Positions 46,688-57,368 of a DNA stretch of 64,000 nt are shown here, in pieces (positions within the stretch are counted from its first letter, which is position 1; each line of letters begins with the position of its first letter). The notes under the pieces were generated by a model that searched no databases, was not told where the DNA came from, and saw only the letters and a list, made by a program, of their open reading frames with translations. Source of the stretch: Pirellulales bacterium (lineage in GTDB: Bacteria; Planctomycetota; Planctomycetia; Pirellulales; JALHPA01); the NCBI GenBank assembly GCA_033762255.1, contig JANRLT010000072.1, positions 31,156 through 95,155 on the forward strand. Direction: 5' to 3'. Made by a program: the position numbers and the translations under genes.

Positions 46688-46897
46688 TTATCCGCGCCCC
46701 CCCTCGCAACAGGTTTCGCAGATGCTATGGCACTGCGAACATTGCAATTTCATCCGTCTTTCGACCAAAATCCCCCCGCAAACCGGACATGCCGGTCGAG
46801 TAGAACAAGCGACGACGGAAGGGGAACCCGCATCCGCCGATTTTTGTAGACTTTGGGAAAAAGCAGGCGACTGAGCGCTGTTAAGGCGTGTTTCCAT
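46688..46897 (-). CDS. Small Cys-rich zinc-ribbon-like protein (hypothetical)
   Basis: 69 aa from the ATG at 46897. C-terminal CPVCGG-x13-CSQCHSICETCCEGG. Lies between glgP and the ACT gene on the same strand. Confidence 0.35.
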   Translation of the reverse strand: METRLNSAQSPAFSQSLQKSADAGSPSVVACSTRPACPVCGGILVERRMKLQCSQCHSICETCCEGGRG

Positions 46898-47023
46898 AGA
46901 TACCCCCCAATGCAAAGGAATGAACTAAGGCCCCTAACCGTGAAAGTGAACTAAAGTACACTAACACGATTTGGGGCCTTTGTCAAGGCTTTGGGCTGGG
47001 CCGCGCGATTACTACGGCTAAAT

Positions 47024-49231
47024 TTACAACGTCATGTCGCTGCTGAGCCCCCCGGCGGCGGGAACATACGCCAGACGGGCGTAGTCGGCCACCATCCGGT
47101 GGGAGCTAAACCGCCAACTGAGCGAACTGATGGAATGGATCATCATTTGGATCCAGCGGCGGGGAAGGCCGTCCGAATCCCGCTCATAAAAGAGCGGGAC
47201 GACTTCTTCCTCGAGGACGCGGTACAAATCCATGCCATCGCGGCGATCCCCTTGCTCATCACTGGCGTGGGATGTCCCTTTGCCAATGGCAAAACCGTTT
47301 TTGCCGTCGTAGGCCTCCGCCCACCAGCCATCCAGGATGGATAAATTTAGTCCGCCGTTAATGACGGCCTTTTCACCGGAGGTGCCCGAGGCCTCCAGCG
47401 GGCGGCGCGGATTGTTCAACCACACGTCGACCCCCTGGATCAAATGCCGCGTGACATTCATGTCGTAATCCTCGACAAAGACCACACGGTTGGCAAAGCG
47501 GCCATCATGCCGCAGATTGGCGATCTTGCGAATCAGGCGTTTGCCCGGCTCGTCGGCGGGATGCGCCTTGCCGGCAAAGATGATTTGCACCGGATGGTCC
47601 GCGTTATTGAGAATCCGCGAGATCCGCTCCACATCGGTAAAGATCAGATCTGCCCGCTTGTACGTGGCAAATCGCCGGGCAAATCCGATCGTAAGGATAT
47701 TGGGGTCCAACGCGTTGCGGGCGGCTTCGACGATGTCGTCGGACTCTCCCCGACGGCGGGCCTGGCGGCTTAGCCGGCGGCGCACAAACTGCAACATTTG
47801 GTTTTTAAGCGCGTAGTGCGTTTCCCATAGCTCGCCCGGATCAACACGGTGCAACTCTTGCCAAACTTCCGGCTCGCCCATGCGGCGCATCCAGTTCGGC
47901 GGAAAATACCGATCGTACAGTTGCCACATAGCCCAGGATAACCACGTGGGAATATGCACGCCGTTGGTGATATGTCCGATGGGAATTTCCTCTTCAACGC
48001 GCCAGGGCCACAAATGTGCCCACATGCGGCGGCTAACCTGGCCGTGCAATTGACTGACGGCATTGGCCCGGCGCGACAGCTTGAGCGCGAGCACCGTCAT
48101 GGTAAAGGTTTCCCCCTCGTTGTGGGGCTCGACCCGACCCAGGCCCATCAGTTGTTGATGCGAAATGCCCAACTGATCGCGCAAGGGGCCTAAGTGTTCC
48201 TCGATCATGCCCGCGTCAAAGCGGTCATGTCCGGCGGGAACCGGCGTGTGCGTGGTAAAGACCGTGCGCTGCGCCACCTCGCGCAGGGCATCGTCAAAGC
48301 TGATGCCGTCTTCCTCCATTCGTTCGCGCATTGCTTCCAGCGTGGCAAACGCGCTATGCCCCTCGTTCAAGTGATACACGCCCGGCGTGATCCCCATTGC
48401 CTTAAGCGCCTTGACCCCTCCCACGCCCAGGATCAACTCTTGGCGGATGCGGGTGCGATGATCCCCGCCGTACAGGCGGCTGGTTAATTCGCGGTCTTCC
48501 GGTTTGTTTTCCTCCACATCGCAGTCCAGCAAATACAAATTCACCCGTCCTACCAGCATGTGCCAGACCTTGGCGCAGATCGGGCCATTGCGCGTTTCGA
48601 CCCGAACGGTGATCTCTTTTCCGGCTTTGGTCAAGGCCCGCTTCACGGGGACATTTTCGATTTTCGTTTCCAGGTATTCCTCGTGCTGGTAGCCATCCAG
48701 ATCCAAGTGCTGCTTAAAATAACCTTGGTTATAAAACAGCCCGATCGCCACCAGCGGAATGCCCAGCCCACTCGCGCTTTTTACATGGTCCCCCGACAAC
48801 ACGCCCAAACCGCCTGAATAAATCGGGACGGATTCGTGCATGCCGAATTCAGCCGAAAAATACGCGACCGGCTTCGACCCTAACACGCCCGCATGGGTGG
48901 TGGCCCAGGTGTTGGTGTCGGACATGTATTCCTTTAACCGGCGAAAGGCCTGATTGATGCGGCTATACAAGACCAACTCGGCGGCGCGGGTTTCCAACCG
49001 TTCGGGGGTGAATTCGGTTAAGAGCGCGATCGGATTATGGTCCAACTGCCGCCAGCGAATAGGATCCAAATCCCGAAACAAAGAGATCACGTCGGGATGC
49101 CAGCACCACCAGAGATTGTGGGCGACAGCCAGCATTTTTTCGTAAAGCGTTTCCGCTGAAAGTTCGGAAAGGCGCGGACCTTCTTTGGCTACCAGAGAAG
49201 GGGCCAGGGCTTCGATTTGACTCATGCTCAT
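47024..49231 (-). CDS. glgP: Alpha-glucan phosphorylase (GT35, alpha-glucan family type)
   Basis: NLWWCWHP N-terminal block, SGGLGVLSGDHVKSASGLGIPLVAIGL, and the PLP-site region EASGTSGEKA. Start ambiguous (ATGs at 49231 and 49225; the longest ORF reaches 49348). Confidence 0.85.
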   Translation of the reverse strand: MSMSQIEALAPSLVAKEGPRLSELSAETLYEKMLAVAHNLWWCWHPDVISLFRDLDPIRWRQLDHNPIALLTEFTPERLETRAAELVLYSRINQAFRRLKEYMSDTNTWATTHAGVLGSKPVAYFSAEFGMHESVPIYSGGLGVLSGDHVKSASGLGIPLVAIGLFYNQGYFKQHLDLDGYQHEEYLETKIENVPVKRALTKAGKEITVRVETRNGPICAKVWHMLVGRVNLYLLDCDVEENKPEDRELTSRLYGGDHRTRIRQELILGVGGVKALKAMGITPGVYHLNEGHSAFATLEAMRERMEEDGISFDDALREVAQRTVFTTHTPVPAGHDRFDAGMIEEHLGPLRDQLGISHQQLMGLGRVEPHNEGETFTMTVLALKLSRRANAVSQLHGQVSRRMWAHLWPWRVEEEIPIGHITNGVHIPTWLSWAMWQLYDRYFPPNWMRRMGEPEVWQELHRVDPGELWETHYALKNQMLQFVRRRLSRQARRRGESDDIVEAARNALDPNILTIGFARRFATYKRADLIFTDVERISRILNNADHPVQIIFAGKAHPADEPGKRLIRKIANLRHDGRFANRVVFVEDYDMNVTRHLIQGVDVWLNNPRRPLEASGTSGEKAVINGGLNLSILDGWWAEAYDGKNGFAIGKGTSHASDEQGDRRDGMDLYRVLEEEVVPLFYERDSDGLPRRWIQMMIHSISSLSWRFSSHRMVADYARLAYVPAAGGLSSDMTL

Positions 49232-49954
49232 CCTTAGGGGGTCACTCGTTAGAGCACCGGGCGATCTGCGGCGCAAATCGTCAGGCACGGGGGTATCCTC
49301 CACCATTCCCAGTGGGCAAATTATATCATCCACTTCCGCGCCGTGCACCCCGCTGTCCTGAATTTTTCCATATTACGATTTAAGGAGCACGATTTTTCCC
49401 CCCCATAAAACTCGTTGCCGATTTCTCAAAGAGGAGCCTCGCACAAAACACCAGGCCACCTTGTGAGTATGCCCGGCAACTTTGTTTCTGACATGCATCA
49501 TTTCCCACTTCCCTTTTTGAGCGTGCTCGCCTGGCCCCTATCCGATGGCACCGATGAAGTGCCTAAGAGTAGCCCCGCTTACGCTAAAATTTTCCGCCAG
49601 CGCAAACTTTAACTTCTGCGTCAACTTGCCGGTAAATCTGTGGCCGCGCATCTCTATTTGCCAGGGAATTATGCACAGATTGCCAGCAAAAATGGCAGAA
49701 GAGGGTTGTTTCGGCCAAAAAAAGAGTTAAGTTGAGAGAAAATTGGTAAAAATAACGGGAAATTTCTCAGGTCAATCGAAGTGAGCGGCCTGACATCCCT
49801 CTTGGGCATCATTTTTGCCTTTTTAGCTTTGTTTGAGCAGGCGTAAATCAAGACCCGCTCTTCTCGGCGGTCATCCTTCCGCCAGTGGTGGTCTTGGATT
49901 TTCGCGCTCTGCGTTTTGGTCTATTTTCCACCACTTTTTTACGGAGTTAGGGCT

Positions 49955-52132
49955 TTGAGTACTGCACGACAGGCGGCGATTTCAGCAGTGAACAATTACA
50001 AGTCCAATGGTGCGGCCTTAAATTTTAAGGACACCCCGGCCAGCGATCTCTTTTGCTCAAATGTCTTTAATGACGGGGTCATGAAGGATCGGCTGCCCAA
50101 AGCGGTTTACAAGGCCCTGCAAGCCACTATCAAAAAAGCGGCTCCGCTGGACGCCAGCGTGGCCGACGCCGTGGCTTTGGCCATGAAGGACTGGGCCATT
50201 GAAAAAGGCGCGACCCACTATGCCCACGTCTTTTATCCGTTGACCGGCATCACGGCGGAAAAGCATGACAGCTTTATGAATCCCACTGGTGACGGGACGG
50301 CGCTGGCCGAGTTCACCGGCAAGGAACTGATCCAGGGAGAGCCGGACGCATCCAGCTTTCCCTCGGGTGGGATTCGGGCCACGTTTGAGGCCCGCGGTTA
50401 TACGGCCTGGGACCCGACCAGCCCGGCCTACATCATGGAAAACCCGAACGGCACGACACTGTGCATTCCCACAGCGTTTTGCTCTTGGACCGGAGAGGCA
50501 CTGGATAAAAAGACGCCTCTGCTTCGCTCGATGCAGGCGGTTAGCAAGCAAGCCGAACGGGTTCTCAAGCTCTTTGGCCACGAAAATGTCGGTCCCATTT
50601 TTGCCACTTGTGGACCAGAGCAAGAATATTTTTTGATCGACCGGAATTTCTTTTTTAGCCGTCCCGACCTGGTGACCACCGGCCGGACATTATACGGCGC
50701 TCCCTCTCCCAAGGGGCAAGAATTCGAAGATCAATACTTTGGCGCCATTCCCGAACGCGTCCTGGCCTGCATGATGGAGGCCGAACGCGAACTGTTTAAA
50801 CTGGGCGTGCCGGTGAAAACACGGCATAACGAAGTCGCCCCGGCGCAGTACGAAATCGCCCCCCTGTACGAAAACGCCAATCTGGCGACCGATCATCAGC
50901 AGTTGATCATGCTGTTTTTGCAACGGACCGCGCAAAAGTACGGCATGGCATGTCTGCTGCACGAAAAACCGTTTGCCGGCATCAACGGATCCGGCAAGCA
51001 CGTCAACTGGTCGATCGGAGGGGCGGGTGTCGGCAATTTACTGGAACCAGGCGACACTCCGCATGAAAACGCCCAATTTTTGGTGTTTTGCGCGGCGGTG
51101 ATCCGGGCGGTGCATAAATATTCCGAGTTGCTACGCGTGACGGTCGCCACCAGCGGTAACGACCACCGCCTGGGGGCCAACGAGGCTCCTCCCGCGATTA
51201 TTTCGATCTTTTTGGGGGATCAGTTGGCCGATGTCTTTGAGCAGTTAAAGACCGGCAAGGCGACCAGTTCCAAGCAAAGCGGCGTGCTCAAGGTTGGCGT
51301 GGATGTGTTGCCGCCCCTGCCAAAGCACGCGGGAGATCGCAACCGGACCAGTCCTTTTGCCTTTACCGGCAACAAGTTTGAATTCCGCGCGGTCGGTTCC
51401 AGCCAGTCGATCGCCGGCCCGCTGGTGGTTTTGAACACCATCATGGCCGAAAGCCTGGATTATTGCGCTTCAAAGCTGGAAGCCGCCATGGGGGGGGACA
51501 AGTCCAAGCTTAACAGCGCCGTGCAAAGCTTATTGCAGCAGATTGCCAACGATCACTCCGCGGTCGTGTTCAATGGCAACGGTTACAGCGAGGAATGGCA
51601 TAAGGAAGCCGAAAAGCGCGGTTTGCCTAATCTGCGCAACACCGTCACCGCGCTGCCGGCCCTGCTCAAGAAGGAATACATCGAGGTCTTTGAAAAATAC
51701 AAAGTCCTCAGCGAGCGGGAACTGCGCAGCCGGTACGATATTTACGTCGAACGGTACTGCAAGGACATGAACACCGAAGCGCAGTGCGCCTTGTCCATCG
51801 CCAAGACGCAGTTGCTTCCCGCGGCGTATCGTTATCAGGGGGAATTGGCGGGCATTGCCTCCAACCTCAAGGCTTGCGGCAAAAACCCCCATTTGGGAAC
51901 GTTGGAAGTCTTGACCGGTTTGGTCGCCAAGTTCGAGGAAACCATTGGTGACTTGGAAAAGGCTGCCAGCCACAAGCACGCACATGACCTGACCGCCGAG
52001 GCCAAGTACTTTAACGACCATGTCAAGCCAGCCATGCTCGCCGTCCGCGAGGTCGCCGATCAACTGGAAACCGTGGTGGCCGACGACCTGTGGCCCTTGC
52101 CCAAGTACCAGGAAATGCTGTTTATCAAGTAA
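49955..52132 (+). CDS. glnN: Glutamine synthetase type III
   Basis: Length of about 725 aa. GSIII-type N-terminus (F..NVFND..M...LPK.VYKAL) and catalytic blocks [33 protein letters not shown]. Probable TTG start at 49955 with ggag 8 nt upstream. Confidence 0.87.
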   Translation: MSTARQAAISAVNNYKSNGAALNFKDTPASDLFCSNVFNDGVMKDRLPKAVYKALQATIKKAAPLDASVADAVALAMKDWAIEKGATHYAHVFYPLTGITAEKHDSFMNPTGDGTALAEFTGKELIQGEPDASSFPSGGIRATFEARGYTAWDPTSPAYIMENPNGTTLCIPTAFCSWTGEALDKKTPLLRSMQAVSKQAERVLKLFGHENVGPIFATCGPEQEYFLIDRNFFFSRPDLVTTGRTLYGAPSPKGQEFEDQYFGAIPERVLACMMEAERELFKLGVPVKTRHNEVAPAQYEIAPLYENANLATDHQQLIMLFLQRTAQKYGMACLLHEKPFAGINGSGKHVNWSIGGAGVGNLLEPGDTPHENAQFLVFCAAVIRAVHKYSELLRVTVATSGNDHRLGANEAPPAIISIFLGDQLADVFEQLKTGKATSSKQSGVLKVGVDVLPPLPKHAGDRNRTSPFAFTGNKFEFRAVGSSQSIAGPLVVLNTIMAESLDYCASKLEAAMGGDKSKLNSAVQSLLQQIANDHSAVVFNGNGYSEEWHKEAEKRGLPNLRNTVTALPALLKKEYIEVFEKYKVLSERELRSRYDIYVERYCKDMNTEAQCALSIAKTQLLPAAYRYQGELAGIASNLKACGKNPHLGTLEVLTGLVAKFEETIGDLEKAASHKHAHDLTAEAKYFNDHVKPAMLAVREVADQLETVVADDLWPLPKYQEMLFIK

Positions 52133-52168
52133 TTCCCGCGATTCGCCGTTGCTTCAAAATCTCTTGAA

Positions 52169-52202
52169 CAGCCGAAAAGCCCCGTGCTTTTCGGCTGTTT
52201 TT
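52169..52202 (+). terminator. Rho-independent terminator after glnN
   Basis: Perfect 12-bp stem cagccgaaaagc / gcttttcggctg, loop cccgt, followed by ttttt. Confidence 0.82.
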
Positions 52203-52270
52203 GCATTTTCCGGGCATGGAGGCTTATAATCAGGTTGCGGTCGCATCAAGTGGTATTGGGCATGATAAAT

Positions 52271-52320
52271 TCTCCCTACTATCCACTTCCCACTCCCCAC
52301 TATCCACTCCCCCTTGACCC
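52271..52320 (+). promoter_or_regulatory. C-rich leader abutting the sigma-factor start (inverse copy of the G-rich element family)
   Basis: ttctccctactatccacttcccactccccactatccactcccccttgaccc, immediately followed by ATG. Its reverse complement shares gagtggatag[gt]gg with 5795-5828. Confidence 0.5.
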
Positions 52321-52956
52321 ATGTCCCAAGAAGAACCAGGCCAGCACACGCTGCTGATTGAGGATTACATTCGCAAGCTGGCAAAGGGGGATGACTCCGC
52401 GCGCGAGCGACTGCTGCAAACCGCGTGTGATCGACTGATGCATATCACCCGCAAAATCCTGCGCGATTTTCCCGATGTCCAACGCTGGGAGCAAACCGCC
52501 GACGTCTTTCAAAACGCCAGCCTCCGCCTGTACCGGGCCTTGGGCGAGGTAACCCCCAACGACGCGCGGCACTTTTACCGCCTAGCCGCCATGCAAATTC
52601 GCCGGGAACTCATCGACCTGGCGCGGCATTATGGCGGACCCCAGGGGATGGGCAAGCACCACTTTAGCCAACTCCCCAAGGGGAACCAGGAAAGCATGGT
52701 TTTTAACGCCCTGGACCAGGGCCGCGGCACGCTGGATCCAGGTAAAATCTCGGAATGGGTGGACTTTCACGAGGCGATCGGTAAATTGCCCGAGGAAGAA
52801 CGCGAAGTCTTTGACCTGATCTGGTATCACGGCCTGTCTCAGCAGGCAGCCGGGGAACTGCTGAAGGTGGATGAGCGCACCATTCGCCGCCGTTGGCGCG
52901 AGGCGCGGCTCAAGCTGCACGAACTACTAGGAGGCGAAATGCCGGAACTGGAGTAA
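52321..52956 (+). CDS. ECF-type RNA polymerase sigma-70 family factor
   Basis: Region 2-like block TADVFQNASLRLYRAL. Region 4 HTH EEREVFDLIWYHGLSQQAAGELLKVDERTIRRRWREARLKL. Confidence 0.8.
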   Translation: MSQEEPGQHTLLIEDYIRKLAKGDDSARERLLQTACDRLMHITRKILRDFPDVQRWEQTADVFQNASLRLYRALGEVTPNDARHFYRLAAMQIRRELIDLARHYGGPQGMGKHHFSQLPKGNQESMVFNALDQGRGTLDPGKISEWVDFHEAIGKLPEEEREVFDLIWYHGLSQQAAGELLKVDERTIRRRWREARLKLHELLGGEMPELE

Positions 52957-52962
52957 TGTACT

Positions 52963-52981
52963 CCTCTCACTCCGTGAGAGG
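52963..52981 (+). terminator. Hairpin after the sigma-factor gene (possible terminator, no U-run)
   Basis: cctctcac-tcc-gtgagagg, perfect 8-bp stem 7 nt after the stop. Confidence 0.3.
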
Positions 52982-53178
52982 ATCGCTGGTTATTGGTATC
53001 TGGTTTTTGGAGAATGCACGCCCCTGCTTGGTGAGGGATTTAGCTCTTATTTTTTAGCCACGGAATGCCACAGATGGGACACGGATGATTGCAGACGTTT
53101 AAAAGTATTCGTGATATTCCCTGTTTATCCGTGGCTAAATCCCCCTGGTTCATCACAGGGACTGTGATGAGGACGTAA

Positions 53179-56100
53179 TTACTTCCCTTCTACCGGTGGC
53201 ACACTTAGGTAATGCAAGAGCGCCACAATTTCATCTAGGGTCAGATTGGCAAAGAGCCCTTCCGGCATGGCGGAGAGTTTGCTGGGCGATTGGCTTTCAA
53301 TTTCTCCCGCCGCGACGGTGACCTTTTCGGCATTGGACTGCAAAACCACCAGGCCCCCATCCGCCGCCGGAGCAACCAAGCCCACCAACACCCGGCCATC
53401 CTTTAACTCGACATTTTTGGCGGCGAACTGATCGCTGATCACCTGGGACGGATACAGGACCGATTCAACCACCTCTTTCTTGGTAAACCGCTTGCCGACA
53501 TTGCTTAGGTCGGGGCCGATCCCTTCTCCCTTGCCGCCAAAGCGGTGACACTTGACACACGTCGCCTTTTCAAAGATCGCCCCCCCTATGGCCAAATCAC
53601 GCTCATCAGTCCGTCCCGCCTGCAACCGGGCCTGAATTTGCGCCAGGGTCCATTTATTTCCTGCGGTATCCACCGGCAGGACCGCCTCGGGCTGGTCGGG
53701 ATACGTCGCGGCAAACCAAGCCTGCCACTCCGCCAGCGTTTGCTCCACGTTTTTACCTCCCTGGCCCAGGGTCTGGCCGCTCCAATGCTCGAGCAGCTTG
53801 ATCGCCTCCCGCCCTCCGTTGTTTTTTAATTTTAAGCCCAATAATATGACCTGCCGCCGCAATCCCGGCGTGACATCTTGGGCCGGAAATTTTGCCAGCG
53901 CGGTCAACACATGGCGGGCGGTTTCTCCTTCGGCGGTCGCCAGTGCCCGCACAAGCAACGGGTAATTTTCATGAATGGGGTTATCCCCCCCCTGTTGGGC
54001 CAACCCCGCCGCAATATCATTGCGTAAATCGGGGTGTTCCTCAAACAAGGCCCGCAACCGGGCATTGGCGGCGGAGGAGCTGGATTTACCCAGCGCTACC
54101 ACCGCGGCCTTGAACAATTCAGCGGACTGGGGCGCGGGTTGTGCGGGGAGATTTTCCAGTAACTTTAGTAACGCGTCGACTTGCTCTGTTCCCAGGGGTT
54201 GCGGCAAGGCCCGGATGAGGGCGGCGGCGGTACCGGGGGAGCTTCCTCCCGCGGCGATCATTGCCAACTGCTCGGCCGGGGATAGGGCCTTGAGAAAGTC
54301 GGTCGCGAAATTATTGAAGTAACCCCTGAAGCTATTTCCCTGCCCATCGAGCACGCGTTGGGTGTCGTAATAAGCGAGCAGTCCCGCGCGTAATTCCGGC
54401 GTCCACCCGGTTGTGAGCATGCGGGCGGTGGCGGCCAGATGGCGCTGCTCGATAGCCGCGGCTTCGTCGGTTGCTACGGGGGAAAGTAACGGAACCAGCT
54501 TGGCCGCCAACGTGGGATCTTGCAGGTATACCAGCAATCGGGCTAATTCCCGCTGAGTGCGCCAATCCTTGGCCGGAAAGAGGGGCGACACCACCTCAAG
54601 CAGCGGCGCGGCCTGGTCCGGGGTGATTTTCCCCTTGATCAGCGCCAGTTGCATCAGCCGGACGACATCCGTTTGTTGCTGGGCGGATAATGGTTTTTGC
54701 AGCCAAGCCACACAACCAACTAAAACTCCGTGAGCCTTGGCTGGGTCTTCGCTGAGGATCAGCATCCCCACCGCGCCTCGGCAAAATACCGCAAAATTAT
54801 CGCTGGCGATGACTTCTATTTGCCACTTTTCCGCTGGTTGCGCCTCAAGCGCGCGGCGCGCGGCCCAGGCGACAAAGGTGTCGGGATCGGCCAGCAATTT
54901 CAGCAATTTATTGATATCGACCTGATATCCGCCCCGCACTAAAGATTCGCACGCGATCCGCCGCACGCGCGGGTCGGAGTCATCCAGCGCGGCCCATAAG
55001 ACCACGCGCCGATTATCCGTCTGTTTTTGTGTGCCCAACTGTGCAACGGCCTTGGCCCGGACTTCCGGGGACTTATCCGTTGCCAGGGTGCGAATCAAGT
55101 TCCAATCTTCGTCGGTGGCATCCTGCAACAGCAGGTCCATCGCCAGAGCTCGCTGCGCGCCAGCTTCAGCCGTATTGGCAATGTATTTGTGGAGTTCACC
55201 TTTCCATTTGTCGCCCAGCGATTTTTTTAGGTTGGCAAATTCCCACTCGCGATAAGCGGCATCGGACTGAGGGTTGTTAGCAAATACACTTTTGTTTGAA
55301 TCGAGTTCATCCGCCGTTCCAAAGGAAAACGTTGCGGGTTGATCCCGGCAAACTACTCGAAAGACTCCCCCCGCCGTGCCGCGGCCCCCCGTGCAAAAAT
55401 AAACATTCCCATCGGGGCCAACCTCTAAATCCGCCACATTCAGCGGCTGTCCTTCGAGAAAGTTATACTGCTCCCCCTGGTAGGTCGCACCGTGCGGCTT
55501 CATCCGCACGCCAATGATGTACCCCCGCGACCAATCGGCGATGAGCATATTTCCATGAAATTCCGCCGGATACGCGGTGTGCTTATAAAATGTCACGCCC
55601 GTGGGGGAGCCCCGGCCAATGTCGATCACGGCTCCCAGGCTGTCCAGATAATAATCGGGCCAGGGGGACCAGCCGCTCCGCCAGCCATAATCGGCCCCGG
55701 CGATCAAGTGATTGACGCGCGTCGGTCGGTACCACGGCAGACCAATATCCCATTCCATGTCGGAATCATAGGTAAACAGTTCGCCCGCTTCGTTAAAGGC
55801 GTGATCGTAGGCGTTGCGAAAGCCGCCGCAAAATAGCTCGACATTCTTACCATCGGTGTCGCAGCGAATGACCGTCCCGCCGGGAACCTTGATCCCCGCG
55901 GCGTGGCCGTTGGCGTCCTCATAGCGGGGTTGCAGCAAATCCCCCTCATAATAGCCATAATGCGGGCTGGTTTTGGCCGGTTCCGCCCCGTACCAGGCGT
56001 GATTGCCGATCATGATATAAATTTTGCCGTCGGGACCGACGATCGGCTGATGCGGGCCATGTTCTCCCATGCCCCCCTTGAACTTAAACAACGTTTCAAC

Positions 56101-57039
56101 TTTGTCTGCGACGTCGTCATTATTTTCATCGGTCAAGCGATAAAACGCGGTCCCTTCGGGCCCATCCCCCACGCAGTAGACGCGCTCTTTGTGCCACAGG
56201 ATTCCCTGGCAGTTTTTGACTTTGTCACAGTAGGTAATGACTTTTGCAGGCGCGGCAAGCTCGGTAATTTCGGTATTAGGAATTTTCATGCCCAGGGTTT
56301 GCGGCTGCTTGAGCAGACGTAGTGGGCCACCTTCGGCCGAAAGAAGCAAATCCCCCTGACCAGTAAAGGTCATCGCCACCAGCGAGCCCGCTTGGCGGTC
56401 AAGCACCTGTTCCACGGCAAAGCCGGGCAGCGTTTTCCAGCGATCCGCGGAATTGGCCGGCGGGCTGGAGTTTCCTCCCCAGGGGGCGGTTTTGCCAAAG
56501 AGACCTAGTTCCCGGGGGGCGGACCATTTCACGCGGGCCTGTTTGGTTTGATAATCGGCGGTTTGCCATTTATCCTCGGTGTCGAGGGCAGCCTGCCACG
56601 TCCGATCGGTCGCGACAATCACGGTCGATTTGTCGGCTAGCTGGATCACCAGTTGCGCGGCAAGCGCCGCGGGGCCGACAGATTCATTGCGGCCGATCAC
56701 GGCCAGCACATTTTGGCCCTGGACCAACTGTTTTTGCACGTCGATCGCCTCTAGGTTTTGCCACTCTCCATCCTGGCCGACCTTATGACCGTTGACAAAC
56801 ACTTCGTAGTGGTTGTCGCAGGTGATTTGCAGCTCGGCGGATTTAACCTGTCCCGCCAGCGGAAACTGCGCGCGAAAGTAGACGGGATCGGTGGGGGCGT
56901 TGGCCGGCAGATCGGCATGCCAAATCCACTGTGCCTTTTCCAGCGGGGGGGCCGCGACCGAGATGTTACCCAATCCACCCCAAATCAAAACCAGAGCGGC
57001 AACTGCAAGACAGCGTGGCATAAAACGGTGCAAGATCAT
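53179..57039 (-). CDS. PVC-type membrane-bound dehydrogenase-like protein with HEAT repeats and a C-terminal heme-binding (CxxCH) domain
   Basis: Signal peptide. N-terminal sugar-binding-like module (AQWIWHADLP...). Beta-propeller-like dehydrogenase region. HEAT-like repeats (DKSPEVRAKAV, DSDPRVRRIACESL). CVKCHRFGGKGEGIGPDLSNVG. Confidence 0.75.
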   Translation of the reverse strand: MILHRFMPRCLAVAALVLIWGGLGNISVAAPPLEKAQWIWHADLPANAPTDPVYFRAQFPLAGQVKSAELQITCDNHYEVFVNGHKVGQDGEWQNLEAIDVQKQLVQGQNVLAVIGRNESVGPAALAAQLVIQLADKSTVIVATDRTWQAALDTEDKWQTADYQTKQARVKWSAPRELGLFGKTAPWGGNSSPPANSADRWKTLPGFAVEQVLDRQAGSLVAMTFTGQGDLLLSAEGGPLRLLKQPQTLGMKIPNTEITELAAPAKVITYCDKVKNCQGILWHKERVYCVGDGPEGTAFYRLTDENNDDVADKVETLFKFKGGMGEHGPHQPIVGPDGKIYIMIGNHAWYGAEPAKTSPHYGYYEGDLLQPRYEDANGHAAGIKVPGGTVIRCDTDGKNVELFCGGFRNAYDHAFNEAGELFTYDSDMEWDIGLPWYRPTRVNHLIAGADYGWRSGWSPWPDYYLDSLGAVIDIGRGSPTGVTFYKHTAYPAEFHGNMLIADWSRGYIIGVRMKPHGATYQGEQYNFLEGQPLNVADLEVGPDGNVYFCTGGRGTAGGVFRVVCRDQPATFSFGTADELDSNKSVFANNPQSDAAYREWEFANLKKSLGDKWKGELHKYIANTAEAGAQRALAMDLLLQDATDEDWNLIRTLATDKSPEVRAKAVAQLGTQKQTDNRRVVLWAALDDSDPRVRRIACESLVRGGYQVDINKLLKLLADPDTFVAWAARRALEAQPAEKWQIEVIASDNFAVFCRGAVGMLILSEDPAKAHGVLVGCVAWLQKPLSAQQQTDVVRLMQLALIKGKITPDQAAPLLEVVSPLFPAKDWRTQRELARLLVYLQDPTLAAKLVPLLSPVATDEAAAIEQRHLAATARMLTTGWTPELRAGLLAYYDTQRVLDGQGNSFRGYFNNFATDFLKALSPAEQLAMIAAGGSSPGTAAALIRALPQPLGTEQVDALLKLLENLPAQPAPQSAELFKAAVVALGKSSSSAANARLRALFEEHPDLRNDIAAGLAQQGGDNPIHENYPLLVRALATAEGETARHVLTALAKFPAQDVTPGLRRQVILLGLKLKNNGGREAIKLLEHWSGQTLGQGGKNVEQTLAEWQAWFAATYPDQPEAVLPVDTAGNKWTLAQIQARLQAGRTDERDLAIGGAIFEKATCVKCHRFGGKGEGIGPDLSNVGKRFTKKEVVESVLYPSQVISDQFAAKNVELKDGRVLVGLVAPAADGGLVVLQSNAEKVTVAAGEIESQSPSKLSAMPEGLFANLTLDEIVALLHYLSVPPVEGK

Positions 57040-57368
57040 AAATACGTGGCGATGGAGGAGGGAATGGGTGGGCTATTCGTTTCGCTCATGCGCGAGGCGG
57101 CATAAATAAAAAACCGCGCGCGGCTTCCCGTGGCATGGGACGCATTCAAAATTCCATTGCCATCAGGCACTGAGAAGCAACGGGGTAGACATTAAATATA
57201 GCTAGAGTCAACATCCCTGACAAACATTTTAACCTTATCTCAAACAGCATTTTGCGCTGGATTTATACACAACCTGCGTATAGATAAGCAAATAAATCGG
57301 GCATTTGGCACCCTTCCATTTTTCAATGCCGTATAACTTAATACTCTGTCAACGATTCATTTTTGGAT

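Noticed and set aside
49546-49562. Possible sigma-54 promoter tggcaccgatgaagtgc upstream of glnN
   Set aside because: The GG-to-GC spacing is two nt longer than the consensus (TGGCAC-N5-TTGC), and the sequence is equally well explained as a simple hairpin.
53150-53170. Perfect 9-bp hairpin tcatcacag-gga-ctgtgatga between the convergent sigma-factor and heme-protein genes, considered as a bidirectional terminator
   Set aside because: There is no flanking U/A runs on either strand. It may still stabilise 3' ends, but it is not supportable as a terminator from sequence alone.
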